The position numbers and the translations under genes were made by a program. Positions 21,551 to 33,999 of a stretch of DNA of 64,000 bases are shown piece after piece. Position 1 is the first letter of the stretch. Every line of letters starts with the position of its first letter. Source of the stretch: Nitrospinaceae bacterium (lineage in GTDB: Bacteria; Nitrospinota; Nitrospinia; Nitrospinales; VA-1); NCBI GenBank assembly GCA_029261595.1, contig JAJDAZ010000012.1, forward strand, positions 11,325-75,324. Direction: 5' to 3'. Below the pieces are notes generated by a model. The model had not been told where the DNA came from. It made no database searches and saw nothing but the letters and a program-made list of their open reading frames with translations.

Positions 21551-22132
21551 GTGACGGAACACGGTAAAAAAAAGACGGAAAAAAAGCCGGACGCAAAAGA
21601 CGAAACGTTGTGGCGCTCCGCCATGCAGGATGTGAAACCCCTGAAAAAAGATGTGAACCCGGAGAAAACCGGCGAGCCCGCCGGTGAGCCCGAAGATACA
21701 GCGACAAATACCCAACCTTCCAAAACCTCGGATACGCCAAAGGAGCTGCCGCCTGCAGCCGGCATCGACCGGCGCACCGAGGAAAAATTGCGTCAGGGAA
21801 AGTTTCCCATCGAAGGCCGCCTCGACCTGCACGGTCACACCCAAGCCCAGGCGCACAACGAACTGATCCAGTTCGTCGAAAGGGGATTTGAGCAGGGACA
21901 ACGTTGTCTGCTGGTGATCACGGGAAAAGGTCGCGGCGGGGAGAGGAAAGGGGGAGGCTGGTCTGAGTCCGAAACCGGAGTGCTGAGAAGAGAGGTCCCG
22001 CGCTGGCTGACCGAGTTGCCGCTTGCGGGAAAGGTGATCACATTCACCCACGCACAACCCAAACACGGCGGCGAAGGTGCGCTGTACGTTTATCTGCGGC
22101 GGAAAAAAACACGGAAAGCGTCATCACAATAG
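21551..22132 (+). CDS. Smr/MutS2-domain protein
   Basis: LW..AMQDVKPL N-terminus, RLDLHG, LLVITGKG, HGGEGALYVYLRR. Confidence 0.9.
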   Translation: MTEHGKKKTEKKPDAKDETLWRSAMQDVKPLKKDVNPEKTGEPAGEPEDTATNTQPSKTSDTPKELPPAAGIDRRTEEKLRQGKFPIEGRLDLHGHTQAQAHNELIQFVERGFEQGQRCLLVITGKGRGGERKGGGWSESETGVLRREVPRWLTELPLAGKVITFTHAQPKHGGEGALYVYLRRKKTRKASSQ

Positions 22133-22164
22133 ACGGCGGCAACATCGCCGCCAGCCCGAGGTAG
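22098..22164 (+). repeat. Direct repeat copy 2: relic 3' end of the aldolase/SDR gene
   Basis: ggcggaaaaaaacacggaaagcgtcatcacaatagacggcggcaacatcgccgccagcccgaggtag; still reads ..VITIDGGNIAASPR* in the aldolase frame. Confidence 0.85.
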
Positions 22165-22372
22165 AAGAGTCCCTTGATAAGTGATAAAATGACTGGTCGG
22201 TAAGTTGAAGGGTGTTACTTCCACTCGATAGCATTTTATTTTTATTGATAGCATAATCCACATGGAAAAAAAATTGTGGATGAATTCGATTTTGAAAATT
22301 TCGCAAATTTTGTCTGGTATTAAGGTCCTGATTAGTAAAAAAACCTTTCCTAAAAATGAATGAATTAAATTA

Positions 22373-23251
22373 ATGTCTTGTACAAATAAAATAAGAACCA
22401 TCGGATTATTGCTGGTGGTTTTAACAGGCTTTGTCTCCTGTTTTATTGACAAAGAGGAAGAAAAAACATCTTTAAGAACAATAAAAGTGGGGGTACTTCC
22501 GGACGAAAGCAAGACAGAGCTCTCAAACCGTTATAATCCATTAATGGAGCATCTATCGAGAGAAACTGGCTTACAATTTGAATTGTTGATTCCTGAAAGT
22601 TACGAGGAATTGTTAAATATGTTTCACGATGACAAGGTAGATTTTGCATATTTTGGTGGGTTTACTTTTATCAAGGCATATTTGACTGATGGAGCCGTTC
22701 CATTGGTAATGCGAAATGTAGATGCCAGATTTTCCAGTTATTTTATTGTCAAAGGCGACAACCTTGCCAAAAGCCTTTCGGAGTTTGAGGGCAAAATTAT
22801 TAGTTTTGGTTCCAAATTGTCTACATCGGGTCATTTGATGCCACGCTTCTTTCTGAAAGAAAAGGAGATCATCCCTGAAGATTTTTTCAGTGAAGTACGG
22901 TATTCAGGCTCACATGATGAGACTGCCTATTGGGTGCGTGATGGCAAGGCGAACCTTGGCGTGGCAAACTCAAAGATCATAAATTCGATGTTTCGAGATG
23001 GCAGGTTGGAGAAAAATGCGATTCGTATTTTTTCGGAAACGCCACCTTATGCAAACTATGTTTGGGCTATGACATCGAGAGTTGAACCAATGATTCAAAT
23101 CAAAATTCGTGATGCCTTTTTAGATCTTTCGCAAGAAAATGAGAAACATAGAAAAATCCTGGATGGTTTGAACGCTACGTATTTTATTCCTTCAAGTGTT
23201 GATGATTTTTCCAGGCTCAAGTTAATTATCGAAAAACAGAGTGGTTTTTAA
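22373..23251 (+). CDS. PhnD-like phosphate/phosphite/phosphonate-type substrate-binding protein
   Basis: Lipoprotein-like N-terminus (FVSC); VGVLPDES, STSGHLMP, YSGSHD motifs; AT-rich codon usage. Confidence 0.8.
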   Translation: MSCTNKIRTIGLLLVVLTGFVSCFIDKEEEKTSLRTIKVGVLPDESKTELSNRYNPLMEHLSRETGLQFELLIPESYEELLNMFHDDKVDFAYFGGFTFIKAYLTDGAVPLVMRNVDARFSSYFIVKGDNLAKSLSEFEGKIISFGSKLSTSGHLMPRFFLKEKEIIPEDFFSEVRYSGSHDETAYWVRDGKANLGVANSKIINSMFRDGRLEKNAIRIFSETPPYANYVWAMTSRVEPMIQIKIRDAFLDLSQENEKHRKILDGLNATYFIPSSVDDFSRLKLIIEKQSGF

Positions 23252-23265
23252 TCAAAATTTTAAAA

Positions 23266-24654
23266 ATGAACAGCAAGCAAAGCTTTCAACATCTCCAGCG
23301 ATATATTTATCTATTGTTTGCTGCTATTTTTATTACTTTTGTGTTCTTTATGGTGTTTTATTATTGGCAGGATCAAAAAAATAAAATAGCTGAGGAGATC
23401 TTAAATAATTTTCATTCCCCGACTATTTTTCATTCATCCCGAATGAAAGAAGAGTTGTTCTTATTAGAAAAAGAATTGCGTTTGCTCCAACAACCGGGAA
23501 TGGATAAGAAGAAACTGCCAGGATATATTTTTAAACCTAAAGGTCATTTATATTCTATTCAAAAAAGCCTGCAAACCATCATTGAGGCGCAGGAGATTTT
23601 CAAACATATCGAATTTGAATCTATTTTAAAAAGACTTCAAAAACAATTCAACCAGCTTCAAGCTTTTTTGGAAGACCAAAAACTGGGTAAAGATAAACTT
23701 TATAAAGCCATTGAAAGTAAAGTCCCATCATTAAATATACCTTTAGACCAATTGCAACGGTTACATATTGCAAAACATAAGGAACTGATCAGGAGGCTTT
23801 TGATACAAAAAAAAGGTCGAAAACAAAATACTGTTTTTGTCTTTGGCGTGACCTTAGCTATTGGAATTTTTATTTTTGTCAGAATATTTTCTTCAATCAA
23901 ACAGATAATAAACGAAAAAAAACAATCAGAAAAAAAACTAAAAGATTATGCAGTAAAATTAGAACGGAGCAACAAGGAACTCCAGGACTTCGCACATATC
24001 GCCTCCCACGATCTGCAAGAACCCCTACGAAAAATTATCACTTTTGGTGATCGTCTGAATTCCAAGATTTCAAACACGGATGAGCAGGGACGGGATTATT
24101 TAAAACGGATGCAAAATTCTGCTTTGAGAATGAAGGAATTTATCCAGGATCTTGTTCAATTTACAAAGATTGAAAGTCAAGCAAAGCCCTTTGAAACAGT
24201 TGACCTTAAGGAGGTCGTCCAGGAAGTGTTAGACAATTTAGAAGTCAGAATTCAAGAAACTAAAGGGGTTGTAAATATAAAGTATTTACCGGTCGTGGAA
24301 GCAGACCGAATGCAAATGAACCAATTATTTCTGAACCTGATCGGAAATGCTCTCAAGTTCCATAGAGAAGGAATCTCCCCTGTTGTCAACCTGGACAGTG
24401 CCAAAAAGGAAAACGGATTTTTAGAGATCACCGTGGAAGATAACGGTGTTGGAATAGAAGAAAACCATGTGGATAAAATTTTCAAGCCCTTTGAACGTTT
24501 GCACGGGAGAAGCACTTATGAAGGAACAGGCATAGGATTGACCATTTGCGCTCGAATTATAGAGCGTCATGGAGGCAAGATTGCTGTCAAAAGACAATCA
24601 AAAAATGGGGTAACTTTTCACATCACTTTGCCTGAGAATAATGAAAAGAAATAA
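23266..24654 (+). CDS. Membrane sensor histidine kinase
   Basis: Two TM helices with an extracytoplasmic domain; H-box FAHIASHDLQEPLR, N-box NLIGNALKF, DNGVG, GTGIGL. No response regulator nearby. Confidence 0.92.
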   Translation: MNSKQSFQHLQRYIYLLFAAIFITFVFFMVFYYWQDQKNKIAEEILNNFHSPTIFHSSRMKEELFLLEKELRLLQQPGMDKKKLPGYIFKPKGHLYSIQKSLQTIIEAQEIFKHIEFESILKRLQKQFNQLQAFLEDQKLGKDKLYKAIESKVPSLNIPLDQLQRLHIAKHKELIRRLLIQKKGRKQNTVFVFGVTLAIGIFIFVRIFSSIKQIINEKKQSEKKLKDYAVKLERSNKELQDFAHIASHDLQEPLRKIITFGDRLNSKISNTDEQGRDYLKRMQNSALRMKEFIQDLVQFTKIESQAKPFETVDLKEVVQEVLDNLEVRIQETKGVVNIKYLPVVEADRMQMNQLFLNLIGNALKFHREGISPVVNLDSAKKENGFLEITVEDNGVGIEENHVDKIFKPFERLHGRSTYEGTGIGLTICARIIERHGGKIAVKRQSKNGVTFHITLPENNEKK

Positions 24655-24719
24655 TAATTCCTTCAAGCCGCTCAGACCTTCTGAAGCACCTTATATATTG
24701 TTATTTTACAGAATTTTTG

Positions 24720-26273
24720 TCATTCCCACTCAATGGTGCTGGGGGGTTTGGAGCTGATGTCGTAGACCACGCGGTTGACACCTTGCACTTCGTTGATGAT
24801 ACGGTTGGACAGTGTGCCCAAAAGGTCGTAAGGAAGTTGTACCCAGTCGGCGGTCATGCCGTCACTGCTGTTCACGGCGCGGATGGCGACGACGTTTTCG
24901 TAGGTCCGGGAGTCCCCCATCACGCCGACCGTTTTGATGGGCAGAAGCACCGCGAACGATTGCCAGATCTTGTTATACAATCCCGCCCGTTTAATTTCTT
25001 CGAGGATGATCTTGTCCGCCGCCTGTAATAGGGTCAGTCTTTCCGCAGTGACTTCGCCCAATATGCGGATGGCCAGCCCCGGCCCTGGAAATGGCTGTCT
25101 GCCGATGATCTCTTCCGGCATACCCAGCTCCCGTCCCATGACTCGGACTTCGTCCTTGAACAGTTCGCGCAGAGGTTCTAAAAGTTTGAGGTCCATTTTT
25201 TCCGGCAGGCCGCCGACGTTGTGGTGGGTCTTGATGACCGCCGAGGGGCCTTTGAAGGAAACCGATTCGATCACATCCGGATACAGCGTGCCCTGAGCGA
25301 GATACTTGAAATCCCCCAGCCGTTTGGCTTCCCGTTCGAACACTTCGATGAACACGTTGCCGATGATCTTGCGTTTTTTTTCGGGATCGGTCACATCTTT
25401 CAAGCGCGTTAAAAATTCTTCGGCGGCATCGACGACGAGAAGGTTGATGTGGAAATTATCACGAAATGTTTTTTCCACCTTGTCCCGTTCGCCCAAACGC
25501 AGAAGACCGTTGTCGACAAAAATACAGGTCAGCTTGTCGCCGATGGCCTTGTTCACCAGGATGGCCACCACCGAGGAATCGACCCCGCCGCTCAAACCGC
25601 ACAGAACTTTGGCCCTGCCGACTTTCTTTTTAATATCATTGATAGTGAATTCCGCCAGCGAGCCTATTTTCCAGTTGCGCTCACAGGAGCAAATATCGAA
25701 TAAAAAGTTCTGTAGGATTTTTTTCCCATCGGTGGTGTGCACCACTTCGGGATGAAACTGCAGGCCGTAAATTTTGTCGATGGGATTTTCGATCGCCGCG
25801 ATGGGGGAATTGGCCGTGAAAGCGGAGGCGGTGAAGCCTGCGGGCAGTTTGGAAATTTTGTCGCCGTGACTCATCCACACCTGGGCCTTGTTGTTCAAGC
25901 CGGTGAACAAATGCGAATATTCGCGGATCATCAATTCGGCCCGTCCGAATTCCCGGTGAGCCGATGGGTTCACGGTCCCACCCAAGGTGTGGGTGATCAA
26001 CTGCATGCCATAGCACACGCCCAGGATGGGGATTCCCGCCTTGAAAAGCTCGCGGTCGCAAAGCGGCGCATCGGTTGCCAGTACGCTGGCCGGTCCGCCG
26101 GACAGGATGATTCCTTTGGGTTTGAAGTCGAGGATTTCCTTGAGCGACCAGGTGCAGGGGTGGATTTCACAAAAGACCTGGCATTCGCGCACCTGCCGGG
26201 CGATGTTCTGGGTGTACTGGGAACCGTAATCCAGAATGAGGATTTTCTGTTCGTGCAAAATGTCGGTTGTCAT
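24720..26273 (-). CDS. guaA: GMP synthase (glutamine-hydrolysing)
   Basis: [36 protein letters not shown]. Confidence 0.98.
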   Translation of the reverse strand: MTTDILHEQKILILDYGSQYTQNIARQVRECQVFCEIHPCTWSLKEILDFKPKGIILSGGPASVLATDAPLCDRELFKAGIPILGVCYGMQLITHTLGGTVNPSAHREFGRAELMIREYSHLFTGLNNKAQVWMSHGDKISKLPAGFTASAFTANSPIAAIENPIDKIYGLQFHPEVVHTTDGKKILQNFLFDICSCERNWKIGSLAEFTINDIKKKVGRAKVLCGLSGGVDSSVVAILVNKAIGDKLTCIFVDNGLLRLGERDKVEKTFRDNFHINLLVVDAAEEFLTRLKDVTDPEKKRKIIGNVFIEVFEREAKRLGDFKYLAQGTLYPDVIESVSFKGPSAVIKTHHNVGGLPEKMDLKLLEPLRELFKDEVRVMGRELGMPEEIIGRQPFPGPGLAIRILGEVTAERLTLLQAADKIILEEIKRAGLYNKIWQSFAVLLPIKTVGVMGDSRTYENVVAIRAVNSSDGMTADWVQLPYDLLGTLSNRIINEVQGVNRVVYDISSKPPSTIEWE

Positions 26274-26343
26274 CTTTTGGGAGTGTCTGAGGGGGTGAAC
26301 GATATTTTAAAACCGGGGCCAGATCCTTAATCGGCCGGGGTGA

Positions 26344-27810
<1,467 letters not shown>

Positions 27811-27903
27811 GTTGGTTTTTATCGTTGGTATTGGAATAATTGGACAATATATCACGTCCCAAAATTGAAGGGCAAAATCTTTTTGACAGGATCAACAGGA
27901 TGG

Positions 27904-28098
27904 AACCCTTTCTCACGCAAAGCCGCCAAGATCGCAAAGAAAAAAATGGTTGGAACCCCCGATGAACACAGATAATAAAACCCCTCATCCCACCCTCCTC
28001 CGGGGAGGAGGGTGGGATGAGGGGTTTTATTGATATTCTTCATCTGTGTTCATCGGGGGTTCCTTTGCGATCTTGGCGGCTTTGCGTGAGAAAGGGTT
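27904..28098. repeat. Triple-nested inverted repeat (~195 bp palindromic element)
   Basis: Perfect arms: 36 bp (27904-27939 / 28063-28098), 22 bp (27952-27973 / 28042-28063) and 28 bp (27974-28001 / 28004-28031). Confidence 0.92.
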
Positions 28099-28257
28099 TT
28101 TGGTTTCTCCGTGCCCTCGGCGGTGAAAAGGGTTTTGGTTTCTCCTGTCCAATAACCGCTCATCAAAGAAACGGTTTATCAATCCCTTTCATTTTTGCCG
28201 CGTCCCGTGGGTAATTTGCAGGTCCTTATTTTTCAATCCTGTGCTACGCTAATAGAC

Positions 28258-29730
28258 ATGAAAATCACACAAAAAATACTTCAGCTCACTTTTATTTTGG
28301 CTCTTTGCCTGATTTGGCCTCTTTCTACTTTCGCCAAAGAAACGCCCGCGACCCCGTTTAAACTTGGCGAAACGACTGAGTGGATGGGAACCTATTACAA
28401 GGGCAAGAAACTGGGATTCAGCTTCGCCAAAATGAACGTCACCGAAAAAGCCGTCACCGTCGATTCTAAAGTTTTCTTCCGCTTGAAAAGCGGCGGCGTC
28501 AACCAATCCACGACATTTAATCAGATGACTTATCTGACCCCGGACCTGCGCTTGAAAGAGTTTTCACTGGTGCAGGAAATAATGGGGCAGAGGCAGAAGG
28601 TGGACGGTCATATAGAAAACCAGAAACTGGTCTACCGGGTGGTCGGGCTGGGATTCGATAAAACCAAATCCCTGGATTTTCCTCCGCACGTCGCCCCGTC
28701 CTCTACTTTTTTGCTGAACATCGTGCGCGACGGATTGCGGGTCGGGAAGAAAGGCAAGTTCCCCATTTTCATGGAAGCGTTCCAGATGCTGGTGGATATG
28801 GAATACAAAATCCTGCGCAAAGAACCGTTCACGTACGCGGGCGAAATAGTCGAGACGTTCGTGATCTATCATCAGGTGGCGGGCATGGAATCGACCCTGT
28901 GGGTGACGGCAGGTGGCTCGGTGATGAAGGAGATGACGTCTCAGGGGTTTGAATCGCGCAAGGAGACGGAAGCGGTCGCTCGTGACCTGGGTGGCGAGGT
29001 GATGTCGGTGAGTAACCTGATCACGTTCAGTCTGGTGAAACCCGGCAAGGATATTTCCAGTCCTGGAAAAAAGCGGCAGATGAAAATGCAATTGTCGAAG
29101 ATCCGCTCTCCTGATTTGATCCCCGAGGACCATCGGCAGAAAGTTTTGCAGTCGAAAAAATCAGCCGACGGGACCTACTCTTCTGTTCTGCTGGTGAACT
29201 CCGAGCCAAAGCAGGTGGCCCGGTCGGTGGCGCGACCCGTGTCCGGGTTTGCCAAGTCCGAGTTTCTAGAGGACTCAGCCGAGGTGCAATCCAAACATCC
29301 CCTGATACGCACTCTATCGAAGGAACTGGTGGGCGGCACCAAAGACGCCTGGAAAGCCGCACAGGAAATTAACCTGTGGGTGTACAGCAACCTGGAAAAA
29401 GAGCTGGTCGATAGCGTGAGTGCCCTCAATGCGTTGAGGACGCGCAAGGGCGAGTGCCAGTCCCACACCTATCTGTTCACCGCATTGGCGAGGTCGGCGG
29501 GAATCCCCACGAAGATCGTGAATGGCCTGGTTTATTCGCCTCAGTTCAAAGGGTTCCTGTACCACGCCTGGCCGGAAGTTTATGTCGGCGAGTGGCGGGC
29601 GCTCGACCCCACGTTTGGACAGGACACCGTGGACGCCACGCATATCAAGCTTTCCGAAGGGGAAAAAGACAGCCAGCTCAAGCTGATGGAGTTCGTCGGC
29701 AAGGTCCAGATCGAGTTGATTGAAAACTAA
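28258..29730 (+). CDS. Secreted transglutaminase-like domain protein
   Basis: Signal peptide from ATG 28258; catalytic triad motifs GECQSH, YHAWPEV, LDPT. Confidence 0.85.
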   Translation: MKITQKILQLTFILALCLIWPLSTFAKETPATPFKLGETTEWMGTYYKGKKLGFSFAKMNVTEKAVTVDSKVFFRLKSGGVNQSTTFNQMTYLTPDLRLKEFSLVQEIMGQRQKVDGHIENQKLVYRVVGLGFDKTKSLDFPPHVAPSSTFLLNIVRDGLRVGKKGKFPIFMEAFQMLVDMEYKILRKEPFTYAGEIVETFVIYHQVAGMESTLWVTAGGSVMKEMTSQGFESRKETEAVARDLGGEVMSVSNLITFSLVKPGKDISSPGKKRQMKMQLSKIRSPDLIPEDHRQKVLQSKKSADGTYSSVLLVNSEPKQVARSVARPVSGFAKSEFLEDSAEVQSKHPLIRTLSKELVGGTKDAWKAAQEINLWVYSNLEKELVDSVSALNALRTRKGECQSHTYLFTALARSAGIPTKIVNGLVYSPQFKGFLYHAWPEVYVGEWRALDPTFGQDTVDATHIKLSEGEKDSQLKLMEFVGKVQIELIEN

Positions 29731-29930
29731 CGCTTTAAAATTCCCCTTTTCCTCCTCGTATTATCTTCCCATGGGTGAGTTAGAAATAATATTGGCCGAA
29801 GGATTTCTTTATTTTAAATTTTCGCTTTACTTTCGCCCATCTGTTGGAATATTATTATTTCATCCAAACCCCTTTAGATATTGGAGTTCCGAAAAGGCTT
29901 GAAAATTTGTGCAAGAATTTAATTGACCCA

Positions 29931-29978
29931 CCACAATATGTTGTATATAGTTTTACTTGTTGCTACTAGATAGAGTAG
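29931..29978 (+). promoter_or_regulatory. Tandem NrdR boxes upstream of nrdJ
   Basis: ccacaatatgttgtat (29931-29946) and ctactagatagagtag (29963-29978), starts 32 bp apart; resemble the NrdR consensus acaCwAtATaTwGtgt. Confidence 0.75.
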
Positions 29979-30137
29979 TTTGTGCTTAGAAAACAAACAC
30001 CTATAGAGATTGCCGATTCCCTTCGATTAGGAAGCGTGCGGGCCTTTCTTTTTCCCTCGTTGGTCATACATTGTAAGAGACCCATAATTCCTTAAGCGAT
30101 AAATACCCATCTGTTTTTAATTTTGGAGAGCCCTTTT

Positions 30138-33100
30138 ATGCGAATCAGCCGTGTTTTTTCACAAGATAACAAGGACCCATACCACGGGATCGAGTTCGTC
30201 GAAAGGGTTTCCAGAATCAACAACGCCGACGGGTCGGTGGTCTCCGAGATCAAGCATGTGATGGTGCCGGATTTTTGGTCGCAGGTGGCGGTCGACATCA
30301 TGGCGCAGAAATATTTTCGCAAAGCCGGAGTCCCGCCGTGGACCCGAAAGAAGTATGAAAGCGGAGTCCCGGAGTGGCTTTGTCCCTCGGAACCCGATAC
30401 CGAAGCGCTGGCACAAATGGCGGAATCCGAGCCCATGACCAGGGAGACCGATTCGCGTCAGGTGTTTCATCGTCTGGCCGGTTGCTGGACCTATTGGGGC
30501 TGGAAAAATAAATGCTTTGAGAACGAAGAGGACGCTAAAAGTTATTACGATGAAATGCGCTTCATGCTGGCCCGTCAATATGCCGCGCCGAATTCTCCGC
30601 AATGGTTCAATACCGGACTGCACTGGGCGTATGGTCTCGGCGGTCCCGCGCAGGGGCATTCATTTTTCAATCCTGAAACGGGTCAGTTGGAGAAATCCAA
30701 AAACGCTTATGAGCATCCGCAACCGCACGCGTGTTTTATCCTTTCCGTAAAGGACGACCTGGTCGGCGACGGCGGCATCATGGACCTGTGGCGGCAGGAA
30801 GCGCGTTTGTTCAAATACGGGTCGGGAACGGGAAGTAATTTCTCCCACCTGCGCGGTTCCGGCGAACCCTTGTCCGGCGGGGGAAAATCTTCCGGCCTGA
30901 TGAGTTTCCTCAAGATCGGCGACCGCGCCGCAGGGGCCATCAAGTCAGGCGGCACCACGAGGCGGGCGGCCAAGATGGTCACCCTCGACATAGATCATCC
31001 CGACATCGAGGAGTTTATTGGATGGAAAGTCCGCGAAGAAGGCAAGGTCGCGGCATTGGCCACCGGCAGCCGCATCTCCCGGCGGATGCTGAAAAAAGTT
31101 CTTAAGGCCTGCTGGGATTCAGAGGATGACGAAACCCGTTTTGATATCAAAAAGAACAAGGGTTTGAAACTCGCCGTCTGGAAAGCGGTCGAGGCCTGCG
31201 TTCCCGAAAGTTATATTTTTCGCATCATTCAGCTGGCTCAGCAGGGAGTCCGCGACATCGAGTTCGAAGAATACGATACCTGCTGGAACTCCGAAGGCTA
31301 CACCACCGTTTCAGGGCAAAATTCCAACAACTCGGTCCGGTTGAATAACGAGTTCATGCGCGCCGTGGAGTGCGACGGCGATTGGAACCTCCTCAACCGT
31401 ACGGACGGCAGGGTCAGTAAAACCATGGAAGCGGCCGAACTTTGGGGGAAAATCAACGAAGCTTCCTGGGCCAGCGCGGACCCCGGACTGCAATTTGACA
31501 CGACTATCAACGAATGGCACACCTGCCCGGAAGCCGATAGAATCCATGCCTCCAATCCCTGCTCGGAATACATGTTCCTCGACGACACCGCGTGCAACCT
31601 GGCGTCCATCAATTTGATCCGTTTTCACAACGAAGAAAACGGCCAGTTTGAAGTTGAAAACTACCGCCATGCCTGTCGCCTCTGGACCTTGACGCTGGAA
31701 ATTTCCGTCATGATGGCGCAGTTTCCCAACGAGAACATTGCCTTGAAGAGTTATGAGTATCGCACCCTTGGATTGGGATACGCCAATTTGGGCGCTCTGC
31801 TCATGGTGTTGGGCATTCCCTACGATTCCGAAAAGGGCAGGGCTATCGCCGGCGCTATTTCAGCGTTGACCACTGGGGCGGCCTATGCCATGTCCGCCGA
31901 AATGGCCCATGAACTGGGAACGTTTAAGGAATACAAAAATAACAAGAAACACATGTTGCGCGTCCTGCGCAATCATCGCCGGGCCATCGAGGATGCAGAG
32001 GTTCACGAGTACGAGGGGCTGACGATTTATCCGCGCGGCGTTTCCACCGAATTTTGCCCGGCGTATCTTCAAAACGCGGCGGCGAAGGAGTGGGCGGACG
32101 CTCTGGAACTTGGGCAACGTTATGGTTTTCGCAACGCGCAGACCACCTGCATCGCGCCTACGGGCACGATTGGTTTGCTGATGGATTGCGACACCACCGG
32201 TATCGAGCCGGACTATGCCCTGGTCAAATACAAAAAACTGGCGGGCGGCGGGTATTTCAAGATCATCAATCAGTCCGTACCCATCGCCTTGAAACGCCTG
32301 GGATACAGCCGGGAGGAAACTGAGGCCATCGTCAACTATTGCGTTGGGACGGCCCGACTGGAAACGGCGCCCCACATAAATCGTGACAGCCTCAAGGGAA
32401 AAGGTTTTTCCGTTGACGTTCTGGACAAGGTCCAGGCCGAATTGCCCAAGGTGTTCGATATCACGTTTGCCTTCAATAAATATGTTCTGGGCGAAGATTT
32501 TTGTAAGAACGCTCTGAAATTAACGGACGAACAATTAGACTCCTTCGAGTTCAACCTGCTCGAACATCTGGGATTCGGCAAAGAAGAAATCCGCCTGGCC
32601 AACGACGCGATTTGCGGGACCATGACCATTGAAAACGCGCCGCACCTGAAAGAAGAACATTATCCGATTTTCGACTGCGCCAACAAGTGCGGTAAATACG
32701 GCGAACGCTATATCCGGCCCGAAGCCCATATCCGCATGATGGCGGCGGCTCAGCCGTTTTTGTCGGGCGCCATTTCCAAGACCATCAATATGCCCAACCA
32801 CGCCACCATCAAGGACGTGGAAAAAGCCCATATGTTGAGTTGGAAATTGATGCTGAAGGGAACCGCCATCTACCGCGACGGCTCTAAATTGAGTCAGCCA
32901 CTGAACAGCATGGCGAGCGAAGATTTCAGCCACTTGAAGATGGAGCTTGCGGAAGAAAAAGAACCTTTAAAAATTGCTGAAAAAATCGTTCAGGTGATTC
33001 GCGAACATAAACGCAAACCCCTGCCGCATCGAAGGAAGGGATACACCCAGAAGGCGTCCATCGGCGGCCATAAAGTCTATCTACGCACCGGCGAATACAA

Positions 33101-33749
33101 GGAAGGCGATCTGGGAGAAATCTTCATCGACATGCACAAAGAAGGCGCGGCCTTCCGCAGTCTGATGAACTGCTTTGCCATTTCCATTTCTCTCGGCCTG
33201 CAACACGGCGTGCCGCTCGAGGAATTTGTGGACGCGTTTGTGTTCACCCGGTTCGAGCCCAACGGCATTGTTTCGGGGAACGACAGGATCACCATGGCGA
33301 CTTCCACCATCGATTATATTTTCAGGGATTTGGCGATCAACTATCTGGACCGGACCGATCTGGCGCAAGTGACTCCGGACGATCTGCGCGGCGACGCCAT
33401 TGGAAAAACCAAAGAGGATAGTACTGAAAATGGAGACGCACCGAAGCCTCCCGCAGGCCATGAGTCGAATGGCCAGTCGGGAAACTCGAATATTGCCGGT
33501 AACGGCAATGGACATGCGTTGTCCGGAGCGGTCTCCCATGCGACAGGTAATGGAAGTCTGGTCAGTGACCAACCGGTGTTGATGGGAAATGGAACGCAGG
33601 CGACAGGAACCGCCGCGTCCACGGTTGCCATCGCCCGCATGAAAGGCTACGAAGGCGACCCTTGTAACGAATGCGGTCAATTGACCCTGGTGCGCAACGG
33701 AACCTGCTTGAAGTGCCTGACCTGCGGCGCGACTTCCGGTTGTTCGTAA
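30138..33749 (+). CDS. nrdJ: Vitamin B12-dependent (class II) ribonucleotide reductase with TSCPD-like domain and C-terminal Zn ribbon
   Basis: [47 protein letters not shown]...CLTCG. ATG 30138 follows a GGAG RBS. Confidence 0.96.
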   Translation: MRISRVFSQDNKDPYHGIEFVERVSRINNADGSVVSEIKHVMVPDFWSQVAVDIMAQKYFRKAGVPPWTRKKYESGVPEWLCPSEPDTEALAQMAESEPMTRETDSRQVFHRLAGCWTYWGWKNKCFENEEDAKSYYDEMRFMLARQYAAPNSPQWFNTGLHWAYGLGGPAQGHSFFNPETGQLEKSKNAYEHPQPHACFILSVKDDLVGDGGIMDLWRQEARLFKYGSGTGSNFSHLRGSGEPLSGGGKSSGLMSFLKIGDRAAGAIKSGGTTRRAAKMVTLDIDHPDIEEFIGWKVREEGKVAALATGSRISRRMLKKVLKACWDSEDDETRFDIKKNKGLKLAVWKAVEACVPESYIFRIIQLAQQGVRDIEFEEYDTCWNSEGYTTVSGQNSNNSVRLNNEFMRAVECDGDWNLLNRTDGRVSKTMEAAELWGKINEASWASADPGLQFDTTINEWHTCPEADRIHASNPCSEYMFLDDTACNLASINLIRFHNEENGQFEVENYRHACRLWTLTLEISVMMAQFPNENIALKSYEYRTLGLGYANLGALLMVLGIPYDSEKGRAIAGAISALTTGAAYAMSAEMAHELGTFKEYKNNKKHMLRVLRNHRRAIEDAEVHEYEGLTIYPRGVSTEFCPAYLQNAAAKEWADALELGQRYGFRNAQTTCIAPTGTIGLLMDCDTTGIEPDYALVKYKKLAGGGYFKIINQSVPIALKRLGYSREETEAIVNYCVGTARLETAPHINRDSLKGKGFSVDVLDKVQAELPKVFDITFAFNKYVLGEDFCKNALKLTDEQLDSFEFNLLEHLGFGKEEIRLANDAICGTMTIENAPHLKEEHYPIFDCANKCGKYGERYIRPEAHIRMMAAAQPFLSGAISKTINMPNHATIKDVEKAHMLSWKLMLKGTAIYRDGSKLSQPLNSMASEDFSHLKMELAEEKEPLKIAEKIVQVIREHKRKPLPHRRKGYTQKASIGGHKVYLRTGEYKEGDLGEIFIDMHKEGAAFRSLMNCFAISISLGLQHGVPLEEFVDAFVFTRFEPNGIVSGNDRITMATSTIDYIFRDLAINYLDRTDLAQVTPDDLRGDAIGKTKEDSTENGDAPKPPAGHESNGQSGNSNIAGNGNGHALSGAVSHATGNGSLVSDQPVLMGNGTQATGTAASTVAIARMKGYEGDPCNECGQLTLVRNGTCLKCLTCGATSGCS

Positions 33750-33796
33750 GGGTTTTCCAATCCTGATAAAGGATTGATATTAAATAATAATAGGGG

Positions 33797-33840
33797 AGGG
33801 GGGAACGCCTTAAAAATGGGCGTTCTCCCTTTGTTTTTTT
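33797..33840 (+). terminator. Rho-independent terminator after nrdJ
   Basis: aggggggaacgcct-taaaaat-gggcgttctccct followed by a T-rich tract. Confidence 0.8.
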
Positions 33841-33884
33841 GTGCTAGGAAAAAAAGAAAGCTATTAGATTTGTTAAATGTATAA

Positions 33885-33900
33885 ACACAATATATAGCGG
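33885..33900 (+). promoter_or_regulatory. NrdR-box-like site upstream of the wHTH-tRNA cassette
   Basis: ACACAATATATAGCGG is a close match to acaCwAtATaTwGtgt; no clear second box found. Confidence 0.5.
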
Positions 33901-33933
33901 TGTGTATAGCGCCATATCACAATTGAAGCCATG

Positions 33934-33962
33934 TTGTACTTTCTGCTAATTTTTGTTATATT
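33934..33962 (+). promoter_or_regulatory. Sigma70-type promoter for the wHTH-tRNA cassette
   Basis: TTGTAC-17 bp-TATATT with an extended -10 TG, about 40 bp before ATG 34000. Confidence 0.6.
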
Positions 33963-33999
33963 GTTTAGAGGAACTATAACATCTTCGAGGGCAAACTAA

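Noticed and set aside
29730-30137. Cobalamin riboswitch upstream of nrdJ
   Set aside because: No recognisable B12-box core by eye; NrdR boxes explain the region. An Infernal/Rfam scan would settle it.
30138-33749. Intein or intron in nrdJ
   Set aside because: Catalytic motifs are contiguous and no splice-junction or homing endonuclease motifs were seen. The extra length is explained by C-terminal domains and a low-complexity linker.
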